Positions 1-9,542 of a DNA stretch of 39,895 nucleotides are shown here, in pieces. A program made the position numbers and the translations under genes. The notes beneath the pieces are model-generated. The model made no database searches. It had not been told where the DNA came from and was given only the letters and a program-made list of their open reading frames with translations. The DNA comes from Deltaproteobacteria bacterium (lineage in GTDB: Bacteria; Bdellovibrionota; JACOXK01; 2-02-FULL-40-11), in assembly GCA_016193105.1 (NCBI GenBank), contig JACPSU010000103.1, positions 1 through 39,895 on the forward strand. Reading direction: 5' to 3'. Numbering within the stretch: position 1 is the stretch's first letter; every line of letters starts with the position of its first letter.

Positions 1-1
1 T

Positions 2-259
2 CATACTGGTTTTAGGGCGTATTCTAAAGATGTTTTAAATACAGTGTCTTTTATGAACAATTCAAATGGGTTTATATTTGACAATGAAATTATATTACAA
101 GCTCTTTACCATAATTTTAAGATTGGAGAAATATCTTGTCCAACTCGCTATGATCAAGATTCTTCTTCAATTGGACTTTCAAAAGGGATTATTTATGCAT
201 TTCTTGTCATCATGAGAACGCTGAACTATTTGTTGGCTAAAAATAAAGTTATAATTTAG
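2..259 (+). CDS. glycosyltransferase family 2, C-terminal fragment (5' end lies outside the window)
   Basis: The frame is open from the window edge (HTGFRAYSKDVLNTVSF..FIFDNEIILQALYHNFKIGEISCPTRY). This resembles the C-terminal part of GT2 / polyprenyl-phosphate sugar transferases. TAG stop at 257-259. Confidence 0.6.
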   Translation, partial: HTGFRAYSKDVLNTVSFMNNSNGFIFDNEIILQALYHNFKIGEISCPTRYDQDSSSIGLSKGIIYAFLVIMRTLNYLLAKNKVII

Positions 260-293
260 AGAGAGATCAAAAATTGTTTTGGTCTAAAATTTT

Positions 294-319
294 ATTCATT
301 GAACTCTGGTTCAATGAAT
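294..319. repeat. perfect 11-bp inverted repeat (attcattgaac-tctg-gttcaatgaat) 35 nt after the GT2 stop; possible transcript-end hairpin
   Basis: Read directly from the sequence. The stem is AT-rich and no T-tract follows, so it is not a canonical intrinsic terminator. Confidence 0.35.
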
Positions 320-454
320 GAGGGAGATTCAAAATAGTTGTTTCTGGGAGTCCTTGTTTAACATAATTTACCTCTTAAAATTTGATTGATTTTATCCCTA
401 AAAATCCCGTACACTTTAAAGATACAAGATGTTTTATTTAAAAAGGAGACTTTT

Positions 455-1429
455 ATGAAAAAATATTTTTCTATATCCATTTTTGTTTTTATGGTTGTTT
501 TTTTAATAGGAGCGGAGAGTTTTTCAGCCTTTTTAAAATTTGATTCGAAAAAATGGTCTGCCTATACCTCTTTTGGGTATTTATACGATAACAATATTTC
601 CTTAAATCCTACCACAAATAGAAGGGATACTGCTTTAACTCACCAACAAGGGAATGCTTTTGTGGCTCAGGTTAAACCCACTTATGCCACTCCTTTGAAA
701 GATTGGGGAATGATGTCTATATCCAATTCATTTTTTACCCAATGGCATTGGGATGCTTATCAAAGACGATATGATGTATGGGAGTATGCCCTAACCCCTA
801 AGCTTACAACTTCCTCTATGCTATGGGGAAAAGAGATTTCTTGGACTCTACCTTTTACGTATGCAGCTATTTTTTCAGGGGTTCAAAGGAGCGCAAGAAT
901 TCCGCAGATTTATAACACGTATGATTTTTCTCCTTCTGTGACCTACGCTCATTCGGCAAAATGTGATACGACTCTAAACGCCAATATAGGATATCAAGAA
1001 AGTAAGAATGGGGAAGGCAGCCTGAGGGATCGTGATGGGAGTAACTATAATATTGGTTTTAACCAGGGATTTCGCTTGGGTGTTAAAAACGTAGATATGG
1101 ATTGGAACACGGGCTATCATTATGATCGTTTGAATACGAAGGGATCGCAGTTTGATGAGCAGAGTCATAGGTATCATTTAAAAACAGCTTTTCCTTTTTT
1201 CTTTAAAACAAGTATGGGGCTTGGAGCAGAGTTCATTGCAAAAAGATATCTTCAACATACACGTTCTTTCAGAGAACATGGACAAAATTATGATATCTCT
1301 TTTGTGAAGGTTTGTCCGAATTCCATTGGGACTTCTTTAAATACCAGACTTACCAAATGGACAGCACGGCCGAGCAATATAAACTATAATCAGGTTACTG
1401 TTTTAGCAAATATGTTTTATACTTTTTAG
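455..1429 (+). CDS. putative outer-membrane beta-barrel protein
   Basis: ATG at 455 lies 6 nt after AAGGAG (443-448). Signal peptide MKKYFSISIFVFMVVFLIGAESFSA. Rich in aromatic/Gly alternating segments and ends in ..MFYTF (C-terminal Phe beta-signal). The 386 start in the ORF track looks like an upstream extension. Confidence 0.6.
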   Translation: MKKYFSISIFVFMVVFLIGAESFSAFLKFDSKKWSAYTSFGYLYDNNISLNPTTNRRDTALTHQQGNAFVAQVKPTYATPLKDWGMMSISNSFFTQWHWDAYQRRYDVWEYALTPKLTTSSMLWGKEISWTLPFTYAAIFSGVQRSARIPQIYNTYDFSPSVTYAHSAKCDTTLNANIGYQESKNGEGSLRDRDGSNYNIGFNQGFRLGVKNVDMDWNTGYHYDRLNTKGSQFDEQSHRYHLKTAFPFFFKTSMGLGAEFIAKRYLQHTRSFREHGQNYDISFVKVCPNSIGTSLNTRLTKWTARPSNINYNQVTVLANMFYTF

Positions 1430-1447
1430 ATAAGTTAAGGGGGAAAA

Positions 1448-2176
1448 ATGAATAAAAAACAAACAATAATAAATCTGGTAAGTGTGGGCATTCTCATTTT
1501 TACTTGGCAAGGCCAACTTCATAGTGCTTCTTCGATAGGAAAAGCCATTGAGCTTTTTGGAAAAAAAGAAGAGTTAAAATATACCAGACAAACTCAAACA
1601 GAGTCTTTAGCTGTCAACACCCCTCTTTATTATAATGATGGGATCTTAACGGGATCTAACAGTAGTACAAGGGTGTTGGTTGAAGATCCTGCTTCTCAAA
1701 TGAAGGCTGCTTTTTATGTTTTTGAGGATTCTAAATTTACACTAGACAAAGAAGTCGTTGAAGCGAGCGGAAAGAAAGTTACCGTAAAGCATACCCAAGG
1801 GGCGTTAAGTGTATTTGTGAAGGGATTAAAAAAAGGAGATGAAATTCAAATTGTGACTCCTCAGGCAACCCTAGGTGTTCGAGGCACAGGTCTCTATCTG
1901 AAGTTAACTAAAGATAGGCTTTTTCTGACCATTGCTATGGGGGTTGTTCTTCTTCATGGCAAAGCTCTTCTTCCAGGTAAAATGTTTGAAATAGAAAGTG
2001 GCAATATTGTAAAGACAGAGGCTGCTTCAAAAGAAATTCCACAGCTTGATGAAAATATGAGGCTCGTCGGTATAGTGCCTGGTGCTTATAAAAATGTCCT
2101 TTGGAGTCCTGCCAATAGAAATGATACTGCAGACGAGCGACGTGATATAGCTGAAATAGACCCTACAGGACTCTAG
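1448..2176 (+). CDS. exported FecR-domain protein
   Basis: N-terminal signal-like segment. Contains a FecR-type core motif, IQIVTPQATLGVRGTGLYL (TP.A..GVRGT). Confidence 0.55.
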   Translation: MNKKQTIINLVSVGILIFTWQGQLHSASSIGKAIELFGKKEELKYTRQTQTESLAVNTPLYYNDGILTGSNSSTRVLVEDPASQMKAAFYVFEDSKFTLDKEVVEASGKKVTVKHTQGALSVFVKGLKKGDEIQIVTPQATLGVRGTGLYLKLTKDRLFLTIAMGVVLLHGKALLPGKMFEIESGNIVKTEAASKEIPQLDENMRLVGIVPGAYKNVLWSPANRNDTADERRDIAEIDPTGL

Positions 2177-2233
2177 TCATTATAAACTTACCGAATAGTG
2201 GTATAGCGCACCAGAAAATGTTATGATGGCATC

Positions 2234-3166
2234 GTGCATGTGCCGGTTTTGTTGAAAGAGGTCTTACAACTCCTAAAAATCAAAAAGGGCGGCGTGTATT
2301 TGGACGGGACGGTGGGGCTGGGAGGACATACAGCAGCTATTTTGAAAGAAGCCCAAGGGGTTCGTGTTGTTGGGGTAGACCGCGATCTACAAGCTCTAGA
2401 GCTTGTAAAGCAAAAACTTCATTCTGAATTGAATAAACGTCTTTTTTTATATCACGGCAATTTTAAAGATATCCTAAAATTAAAAAAGAAATTTAAACGG
2501 CAAAGATTTGACGGAGCATTGTTAGATTTAGGTATTTCTTCTTTTCAATTGGGAGAGGCTCGTCGCGGATTTAGTTTTCAAAAAGAGGGCCCTTTAGATA
2601 TGAGAATGGATACGTCTCAAAAAGAAAAAGCTTTTGATTTGGTTAATACCTTGTCTCAAAAAGAGCTTTCTCAAATTTTTTATGACTATGGAGAAGAGCG
2701 TTTTTCTTCACATATTGCCCAGGTCATTTGTGAGAGGCGAAGACAAAAGCCCTTTGAAACCACCCTCGAACTTGCGAACTTGATCTCTGAGCTAACACCT
2801 CTTTGGAAAAGAGGGACTCAGCTCCATCCAGCCACACGCGTTTTCCAAGCCTTAAGAATTGCTGTGAATCAAGAGTTAGAAAATTTAGACCAGGCTCTAG
2901 AAGATGTTTTAACATGTTTAAAAAAAGGGGGAAGGCTTGTCGTGATTAGTTTTCATTCTCTGGAAGATCGTATTGTAAAACAAAGTTTTTTTCGATTCGA
3001 AAATCCTTGTATTTGCCCTCCAGATTTTCCAAAATGTGCATGTGGGAAAAAACCCTTGGGACATCGCATGACAAGAAAACCCTGGGTTCCCTCAGAAGAA
3101 GAAGTGAAACAAAATCCTAGATCCAGGAGTGCTAAACTTCGAGCGATTGAAAGGATTGGCGCATGA
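2234..3166 (+). CDS. rsmH: 16S rRNA (cytosine1402-N4)-methyltransferase RsmH/MraW
   Basis: HVPVLLKEVL start, DGTVGLGGHT SAM motif and SFHSLEDRIVK motif. It is the first gene of the dcw cluster. GTG start. Confidence 0.92.
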   Translation: MHVPVLLKEVLQLLKIKKGGVYLDGTVGLGGHTAAILKEAQGVRVVGVDRDLQALELVKQKLHSELNKRLFLYHGNFKDILKLKKKFKRQRFDGALLDLGISSFQLGEARRGFSFQKEGPLDMRMDTSQKEKAFDLVNTLSQKELSQIFYDYGEERFSSHIAQVICERRRQKPFETTLELANLISELTPLWKRGTQLHPATRVFQALRIAVNQELENLDQALEDVLTCLKKGGRLVVISFHSLEDRIVKQSFFRFENPCICPPDFPKCACGKKPLGHRMTRKPWVPSEEEVKQNPRSRSAKLRAIERIGA

Positions 3167-3516
3167 AGCCACAGAAAAAATTTTGGGAACAACGACAACA
3201 AAGTTTGCTTTTTAAGCAAAAGCGGCCTGTCATGACGGAACCCAAGGCTATTTTGAAAGGACTGGGAATGCTGATGGGGATTGGAGTTCTTTTAACAGGA
3301 ACCATTCTTTTTTATGTTTGGAGTCGAGTGGAGGTAGTACGCTTGAATTACACTATTTTAGCGACCTCCAAGGAAGAAAGAAAACTTTTTATGCAAAATG
3401 AAAGGCTCAAAGTGGAACTGGCTCAGCTTTTGACTCCTTCTAGACTTTCTTCTTTAGCCAAAAATAAGCTTAATTTAAAGGATCCATCTCATCGGCAAAT
3501 TATTTACATGAAATGA
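3163..3516 (+). CDS. ftsL: cell division protein FtsL-like (small bitopic protein)
   Basis: ATGA overlap with the rsmH stop. Single TM segment (LGMLMGIGVLLTGTILFYVW) followed by a coiled-coil-like segment. Canonical position between rsmH and ftsI. Confidence 0.65.
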   Translation: MKPQKKFWEQRQQSLLFKQKRPVMTEPKAILKGLGMLMGIGVLLTGTILFYVWSRVEVVRLNYTILATSKEERKLFMQNERLKVELAQLLTPSRLSSLAKNKLNLKDPSHRQIIYMK

Positions 3517-3523
3517 ACCATTT

Positions 3524-5524
3524 ATGATCAACTTAGGGTATCTTCGCTTTCGAATTTTAGTCATCTTTTTTATCGCGATCTTTTTTTTTCTATTTATTGT
3601 GGGTCGAGCTCTTCAGTTGCAAGTTGTCCCTAATCAAAAATTAAGAGAACTGGCTTCTCGCCAATATAAAACGGCGGTAACCTTGTCTGCTCAACGAGGA
3701 ACCTTCTATGATCGCCATATGAATGAGCTAGCTATTAGTCGCAAGGTAGGTTCCATTTTTGCTAATCCCAAAACAATCAAAAATAAGAGGGCTGTAGCCT
3801 TGCGCTTAAGTGGGCTTACAGGGGTCTCCGCTTCGAAGATTCTTCAAAAATTAAAATTAAAAAAATCTTTTGTGTGGATCGATCGGCTGGTTGAAGATTC
3901 TGTAACAGCCCGCCTGCTTGCAAAGCCCATCCTGGGCGTGGGTCTTATTTATGAGTACAAGCGTTTTTATAATAATCAAGAACTTGCCAGCCAAGTTTTA
4001 GGACTGACCGATATTGATTCCCAAGGGATTGAGGGGGTGGAATATGGGTATAACCCCGTTTTACAGGGGCAAAAAAAATCACTCGCTTTATTGAGAGATG
4101 CGTATGGGCGTATTGTCTCTTTAGATGAAACTCTTTTTATGGAGTCTCAAGAAGGGCATTCATTGGTCTTATCGTTAGATAAATCACTGCAATTTTCAGT
4201 TGAAAAAGAATTAGAAGCCCAGGCCCAAAAATTTAAAGCTAAAAATGGTTTGGCGATTGTCCAAAATGCCCAGACAGGTGAAATTTTAGCCATGGCTCAC
4301 TATCCTTTTTTTAATCCCAATCGTTTTCATCCTCGGGTCAGCGACCCTTCTCAAAAAGGACTTTGGAAAAATAGATCTGTTGTTGAAGCCTTTGAGCCGG
4401 GGTCTACGTTTAAAGTGATTTTAGCAGCAGCAGCTTTGGAAGAAGGGGTGTCTCCCCAAGACACCTTTTTTTGTGAACAGGGATTCTTTCGCGTGAATCG
4501 AAAGGACGCTATTCGAGAGGCCCAAAGTCATAAGTATGGATGGTTAACTTTGAGCGATATTTTAAAATATTCCAGTAATATTTGTGCGGCGAAAGTAGCA
4601 CTTCAAATTGGCAAAGAGGCATTTTATCGAAAAATTGTAGAATTTGGCTTTGGTGGCCGCATCGGGATTGATGTACCAGGGGAAGCTTCTGGTATTGTGC
4701 GTCCTTTAAAAACTTGGGAGAAGATTGACTTAAGTACCATTTCATTTGGCCAAGGAATTTCTGTGACCGCTTTGCAACTGGTTTCTTCTTTTTCGGCTAT
4801 TGCCAATGGCGGAAAGCTGATGAAACCTTTTTTGGTCAAAAAAATTATCGATGCAAATACGGGAGAGATTCAAGAAACAAAGCCCCAAATTTTGCATCAG
4901 GTCATGTCTGCTGAAACAGCGAAAAAATTAACGGGGATGCTTAAAACTGTGATGGAAAAAGATGGGACCGGATATTTTGCATCTCTAGATGACACGCCCG
5001 TAGCAGGAAAAACAGGAACGGCACAAAAACCTAATCTTGAAAAGGGAGGATATCTTTTGAATAAACACCTCTCTTCTTTCTTAGGATTTTTTCCAGCAGA
5101 GGCAGAGGCTGATGAGCCGAAATATACCATTCTTGTTTTAATCGATGAGCCTCAAAAGCAGTATTATGCCAGCCTTGTGGCTGCTCCTCTTTTTAAAGCG
5201 ATTGCACTTCATACCTTGAGAACTTTTCCTCAGAGGGACTTGTCTCAGAGATCCTTCGCGCTTCGTGCTCAGGATGACATTCTCAAGAATGACTATCGAA
5301 AATTAACTGTTCCTGCTCCTTCCAATTTGTTAGAAGAAAAAGAGGGACTTATGCCTGATTTAAAGGGAAAATCAATGCGACAGGTTTTAGAATTTGCACA
5401 AAAAGCAGGGCTGATTATGAATGTGAAAGGCAGCGGTATTGCCGTGAGTCAGTCCATCCCACAATCCACTCCTTTGGTGCGGGGCCAGAGGTGCAGTGTG
5501 ACATTTAAGCCCAACGCTCCATAA
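3524..5524 (+). CDS. ftsI: penicillin-binding protein (FtsI/PBP3-type transpeptidase) with C-terminal PASTA domain
   Basis: N-terminal TM, transpeptidase motifs STFK (EPGSTFKV), SSN and KTGT (AGKTGTAQ). The C-terminal 58 aa look like a PASTA domain. dcw context. Confidence 0.9.
   Translation: MINLGYLRFRILVIFFIAIFFFLFIVGRALQLQVVPNQKLRELASRQYKTAVTLSAQRGTFYDRHMNELAISRKVGSIFANPKTIKNKRAVALRLSGLTGVSASKILQKLKLKKSFVWIDRLVEDSVTARLLAKPILGVGLIYEYKRFYNNQELASQVLGLTDIDSQGIEGVEYGYNPVLQGQKKSLALLRDAYGRIVSLDETLFMESQEGHSLVLSLDKSLQFSVEKELEAQAQKFKAKNGLAIVQNAQTGEILAMAHYPFFNPNRFHPRVSDPSQKGLWKNRSVVEAFEPGSTFKVILAAAALEEGVSPQDTFFCEQGFFRVNRKDAIREAQSHKYGWLTLSDILKYSSNICAAKVALQIGKEAFYRKIVEFGFGGRIGIDVPGEASGIVRPLKTWEKIDLSTISFGQGISVTALQLVSSFSAIANGGKLMKPFLVKKIIDANTGEIQETKPQILHQVMSAETAKKLTGMLKTVMEKDGTGYFASLDDTPVAGKTGTAQKPNLEKGGYLLNKHLSSFLGFFPAEAEADEPKYTILVLIDEPQKQYYASLVAAPLFKAIALHTLRTFPQRDLSQRSFALRAQDDILKNDYRKLTVPAPSNLLEEKEGLMPDLKGKSMRQVLEFAQKAGLIMNVKGSGIAVSQSIPQSTPLVRGQRCSVTFKPNAP
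5248..5293 (-). repeat. ~46-nt small palindromic repeat element inserted in frame in the ftsI linker (reverse orientation relative to the murG copy)
   Basis: The reverse complement reads GTCATTCTTGAGAATGTCATCCTGAGCACGAAGCGCGAAGGATCTC. It has the same architecture as 12522-12567 and a 5-bp stem, ATCCT/AGGAT. It encodes ..QRSFALRAQDDILKND.. between the transpeptidase and PASTA domains. Confidence 0.6.
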
Positions 5525-5528
5525 AAAG

Positions 5529-7034
5529 ATGAAGCTTTCTGAACTTATTCGAAATATTCCCATCGTTAAAATACATTCCGCCTTAAAAAACTTAGAAGGT
5601 ATCGATATTGAAAATGTGACCTCAGACTCTCGGAAGGTTACTCCTCAAACTCTTTTTGTGGCGGTACGAGGACTTGTGAGTGATGGGCATCAATATAGCG
5701 CTGCTGCAATTTCTCAAGGAGCTAAAGCGATTGTGGTTGAAAAAAAACAATCCCTAGATTCTAAAATCGTGCAGATTGAGGTAGCAGATTCCAGAGAAGC
5801 GTTGGCGCATCTTGCCAGTGCAGTGTATCGTCATCCGACGAAAGAATTGGTGTTGGTGGGGGTGACAGGGACCAATGGAAAAACAACGTCTACCTATCTT
5901 TTAGAAGCTGTTTTTAAGGAAGCACGTTTCAAGCCTGGCGTGATTGGAACGGTGAACTATCGTTATTTGGGAAAGAAGTTTGCAGCCTCACATACAACGC
6001 CCGAATCCACAGAGTTTCAGGCTTTGCTTCGAGAAATGAAGACAAAAGGGGTGAGTCATGTGGCCATGGAAGTTTCTTCTCATGCCTTAAAACTAAGACG
6101 TGTCGACGGAAGCCATTTTGATGTCGCTTTGTTTACAAACTTAACCCAAGACCACTTAGATTTTCATGGAGATTTTAAAGATTATTTTGAATCTAAAAAA
6201 AGATTGTTTACAGAACTCATCCCTAAAAGTGAAAAAAAACAGAAAGCTTCCGTTATTAATCTAGACGATCCCTATGGACAAAAGTTGTATCAAGAACTTA
6301 AAAAAATAAATCAACAGGTATCCGGTTTTTCACTTAAAAATTCTAAAGCAGAGATCAGTGTTAAAAAATTTCAATTCGATTTAAATGGACTTAAAGCGGA
6401 TCTTCAAACACCCAAAGGAATGATGGCCATTGAATCTCTCCTATTAGGAGAACATAATCTTTCTAATATTTTAGGGATTGTGGGCTGTAGCTTAGCACTT
6501 CATATTCCTATAGAAACGATTCAAAAGGGAATTTGGAATTTAAAAAATGTTCCTGGCAGGCTCGAGCGCGTGGAGGCGGGACAACCTTTTTTAGTGTTGG
6601 TGGATTATGCACATACCGACGATGCGCTTAAAAATGTGGGCAGAGCCCTTCAAAAATTAAAAAAGCAGCGTATCCTGACTGTTTTTGGATGTGGAGGGGA
6701 TCGAGATCGTAAAAAAAGGCCTCTGATGGCCCAAGCGGCAAAAGCTTTTAGTGATTTTGTGATTGTAACTTCGGATAACCCTCGGACAGAAGAGCCGAAT
6801 AGCATTATTGAAGAAATTTTAGTCGGGTTTGAGGGGAAAAAAGAAGGAGTTTTTGTAGAAGTGGACCGTAAAAAAGCAATTCATAAAGCAATTTCAATGG
6901 CCAAATCCCAAGACATTATTTTAATCGCTGGGAAAGGACATGAAGACTATCAGATTATTGGAAAAACAAAGATTCATTTTGATGATCGAGAAATTGCTAC
7001 CGAGGCCTTATGTTTACGACAGAAGAAATCCTAA
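5529..7034 (+). CDS. murE: UDP-N-acetylmuramoyl-L-alanyl-D-glutamate--2,6-diaminopimelate ligase
   Basis: GVTGTNGKTT P-loop and a DNPR motif (TSDNPRTEEP) typical of meso-DAP-adding MurE. dcw order. Confidence 0.92.
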   Translation: MKLSELIRNIPIVKIHSALKNLEGIDIENVTSDSRKVTPQTLFVAVRGLVSDGHQYSAAAISQGAKAIVVEKKQSLDSKIVQIEVADSREALAHLASAVYRHPTKELVLVGVTGTNGKTTSTYLLEAVFKEARFKPGVIGTVNYRYLGKKFAASHTTPESTEFQALLREMKTKGVSHVAMEVSSHALKLRRVDGSHFDVALFTNLTQDHLDFHGDFKDYFESKKRLFTELIPKSEKKQKASVINLDDPYGQKLYQELKKINQQVSGFSLKNSKAEISVKKFQFDLNGLKADLQTPKGMMAIESLLLGEHNLSNILGIVGCSLALHIPIETIQKGIWNLKNVPGRLERVEAGQPFLVLVDYAHTDDALKNVGRALQKLKKQRILTVFGCGGDRDRKKRPLMAQAAKAFSDFVIVTSDNPRTEEPNSIIEEILVGFEGKKEGVFVEVDRKKAIHKAISMAKSQDIILIAGKGHEDYQIIGKTKIHFDDREIATEALCLRQKKS

Positions 7035-8458
7035 AAGCCACAAAAGCAAAGCTGGTTGGGGGGGATCGCGATGCCCTAAAAACATCGTTACCTTTTAAAG
7101 GAGTTTCTCAAAACTCTAAAACCATTCATTCGGGAGAGCTTTTTATTGCCATTGTGGGGCAACGGCTGGATGGCCATGAGTTTTTAAAAGAAGCTTTTGA
7201 CCGAGGGGTGAGAGGTGCCCTGGTTCAAAAGGGATGTTATTCTCCCAAAGAATTTCCCGAGGCCATGTTTTTTGAGGTTTTGGATACAACAAAAGCTTTA
7301 GGAGATTTGGCACATTTCCATCGTCAGAAATTTAAAATTCCATTGGTTGGAATTACAGGATCGAATGGTAAAACTACAACCAAAGACCTCCTGGCGCATC
7401 TTTTAAAAACAAAAATGAATGTTCTTAAAACCGAAGGAAATCTCAATAACTTGATTGGTCTTCCCTTTACACTTTTTCGTTTAAATTCCTCTCACGAAAT
7501 TGCACTTTTAGAAATGGGGATGTCTTTTCCATTTGAGATTGAAAGACTATCTCAGATTGCTCAACCGACAGCAGGACTTATTACCAATATTGGAAAAGCG
7601 CATTTGGCAACGATGGAATCGATGGGAAAGATTGCCAAGTCCAAAGGAGCACTTTTCAAATCTTTGTCTTCAAAAAATATCGCTTTTATTAATAAGGATG
7701 ATCCCTATCTCAATCCTTTTTGTAAAAAAGTAAAATCGCAAGTTCGAACATACAGTCTTAAAACCAAAGCAGATGCCAAGGTATCTGTAAGAGGAACTAT
7801 TTTAGAAGATTTGGGTCTTAAAGGGGTTGTGATGAAATGTGAATGGAGCTTACCTCAAAAAGAAGTCATTAAATTTCATTTGCCTTTGAATGGCCAGCAC
7901 CATGCTCAAAATGCACTGGCTGCCGTTTGTGTGGCTTCTTATTTTGGAGTTCCTGCGCAAAAGATAAAATCAGCCATTGAGTCTTTTATTCCAACAGAAG
8001 GACGTTCCCATATTCTCCATTTAAGTTATGGAATTATTTTGATTGATGATAGCTATAATGCCAATCCCGATTCTATGGCTGCAGGGCTAAAAATGCTTAA
8101 AAATATATCAAAAAATCAAAAAACGTATGCTGTTTTGGGGGATATGCTTGAGCTTGGCTCAAAAGAAAAGCAGTATCATGCTGAAATTGGCAGAATCATT
8201 AAGAAAATTGGGATTGATAATGTATTGACCTTTGGTTCCCTTTCTCAGTATATTGTAAAAGAGGCGGATAAAAATAAGAAAATTCGGACGTTTTGGACTT
8301 TAAATCAGGACGAGCTAATATCTCAATTAAAACAATATCTTAAGTTAAGTCCTGGCGTTATTTTAGTCAAAGGATCTCACAGTATGAAAATGGAAAAAGT
8401 GGTAGAAGCGTTAAAAACTACTTTTGGAGCAGGTGTGCCAATGGAGGGACAGACCTAG
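7010..8458 (+). CDS. murF: UDP-N-acetylmuramoyl-tripeptide--D-alanyl-D-alanine ligase
   Basis: GITGSNGKTTT P-loop, DDSYNANP motif, position after murE. Overlaps murE by 25 nt. Confidence 0.9.
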   Translation: MFTTEEILKATKAKLVGGDRDALKTSLPFKGVSQNSKTIHSGELFIAIVGQRLDGHEFLKEAFDRGVRGALVQKGCYSPKEFPEAMFFEVLDTTKALGDLAHFHRQKFKIPLVGITGSNGKTTTKDLLAHLLKTKMNVLKTEGNLNNLIGLPFTLFRLNSSHEIALLEMGMSFPFEIERLSQIAQPTAGLITNIGKAHLATMESMGKIAKSKGALFKSLSSKNIAFINKDDPYLNPFCKKVKSQVRTYSLKTKADAKVSVRGTILEDLGLKGVVMKCEWSLPQKEVIKFHLPLNGQHHAQNALAAVCVASYFGVPAQKIKSAIESFIPTEGRSHILHLSYGIILIDDSYNANPDSMAAGLKMLKNISKNQKTYAVLGDMLELGSKEKQYHAEIGRIIKKIGIDNVLTFGSLSQYIVKEADKNKKIRTFWTLNQDELISQLKQYLKLSPGVILVKGSHSMKMEKVVEALKTTFGAGVPMEGQT

Positions 8459-8461
8459 TTC

Positions 8462-9538
8462 ATGCTCTATCATCTCTTGTATCCTCTTCATGAAAGCTTC
8501 AATGCATTTAATGTTTTTAAATATATTACCTTTCGTACGTTTGCCGCAGGCCTCACGGCTCTCCTTTTAAGTTTTGTTTTTGGCCCGGCGTTTATTCGAT
8601 TTTTAAAAGTAAAACAATTTGAACAGGCGATTCGCACAGATGGCCCAGCTTCCCATTTGGTCAAGCAGGGAACGCCAACCATGGGAGGAATTCTAATTCT
8701 TTTTTGTTTAATTGTGGCAACCCTTCTTTGGGTGGATCTTAAAAATCCATATGTATGGATTGTTTTAGGGGTGACCTTGACCTATGGTTTGATCGGATTT
8801 TGGGATGATTACACTAAAATTATTCTTAAAAATTCTAAAGGTATTTCTGCAAAAACAAAACTCTTTTGTCAAATTATGTTTGCTACGTTGGCGGCCCTTT
8901 GGATGTATCAAAATCAAGCGATCAGTACAGATCTGACTTTTCCTTTTTTGAAAAATTTCGTTCTTCCCTTGGGATATTTTTATATTCCCTTTGCTGTTCT
9001 TGTCATTGTAGGAACTTCCAATGCTGTGAATTTAACTGATGGATTGGATGGCTTGGCCATTGGGCCTGTGATTACGGTGGCCGGAACATTTTTGCTGCTT
9101 TGCTACATTGCGGGGCACGCTAAAATTGCCCAATATCTTCAGGTCGCATTTATCCCAGGGACAGGAGAGCTTGCTATTTTTTGTGGAGCGATTGTGACGG
9201 CAGGCTTGGGTTTTCTTTGGTTTTCAAGTTATCCAGCGGCTATTTTTATGGGAGATGTGGGCTCTCTAGCTTTGGGCGGAGCATTAGGAACCTTAGCGAT
9301 TATGGTAAAACAAGAAATTTTACTTATGATTGTTGGAGGCATCTTTGTGGCAGAAGCTGTCTCTGTGATTTCTCAAGTGATTTCCTATAAACTGACTAAA
9401 AAAAGAATTTTTAAAATGGCGCCTGTTCATCATCATTTTGAACTTTTGGGATGGCCTGAGCCTAAAGTCGTGGTTCGATTTTGGATTATTTCTATTGTTT
9501 TAGCTTTGATTGCATTATCGACTCTAAAATTAAGGTGA
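8462..9538 (+). CDS. mraY: phospho-N-acetylmuramoyl-pentapeptide transferase
   Basis: Polytopic membrane protein with [20 protein letters not shown] and HHHFE motifs. Confidence 0.95.
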   Translation: MLYHLLYPLHESFNAFNVFKYITFRTFAAGLTALLLSFVFGPAFIRFLKVKQFEQAIRTDGPASHLVKQGTPTMGGILILFCLIVATLLWVDLKNPYVWIVLGVTLTYGLIGFWDDYTKIILKNSKGISAKTKLFCQIMFATLAALWMYQNQAISTDLTFPFLKNFVLPLGYFYIPFAVLVIVGTSNAVNLTDGLDGLAIGPVITVAGTFLLLCYIAGHAKIAQYLQVAFIPGTGELAIFCGAIVTAGLGFLWFSSYPAAIFMGDVGSLALGGALGTLAIMVKQEILLMIVGGIFVAEAVSVISQVISYKLTKKRIFKMAPVHHHFELLGWPEPKVVVRFWIISIVLALIALSTLKLR

Positions 9539-9542
9539 TACG

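Noticed and set aside
2177-2233. Possible promoter or leaderless start for rsmH (TATGAT 6 nt before the GTG)
   Set aside because: There is no acceptable -35 element (TGGTAT at 17 nt), and a leaderless GTG start is unlikely. The evidence is too weak to annotate.
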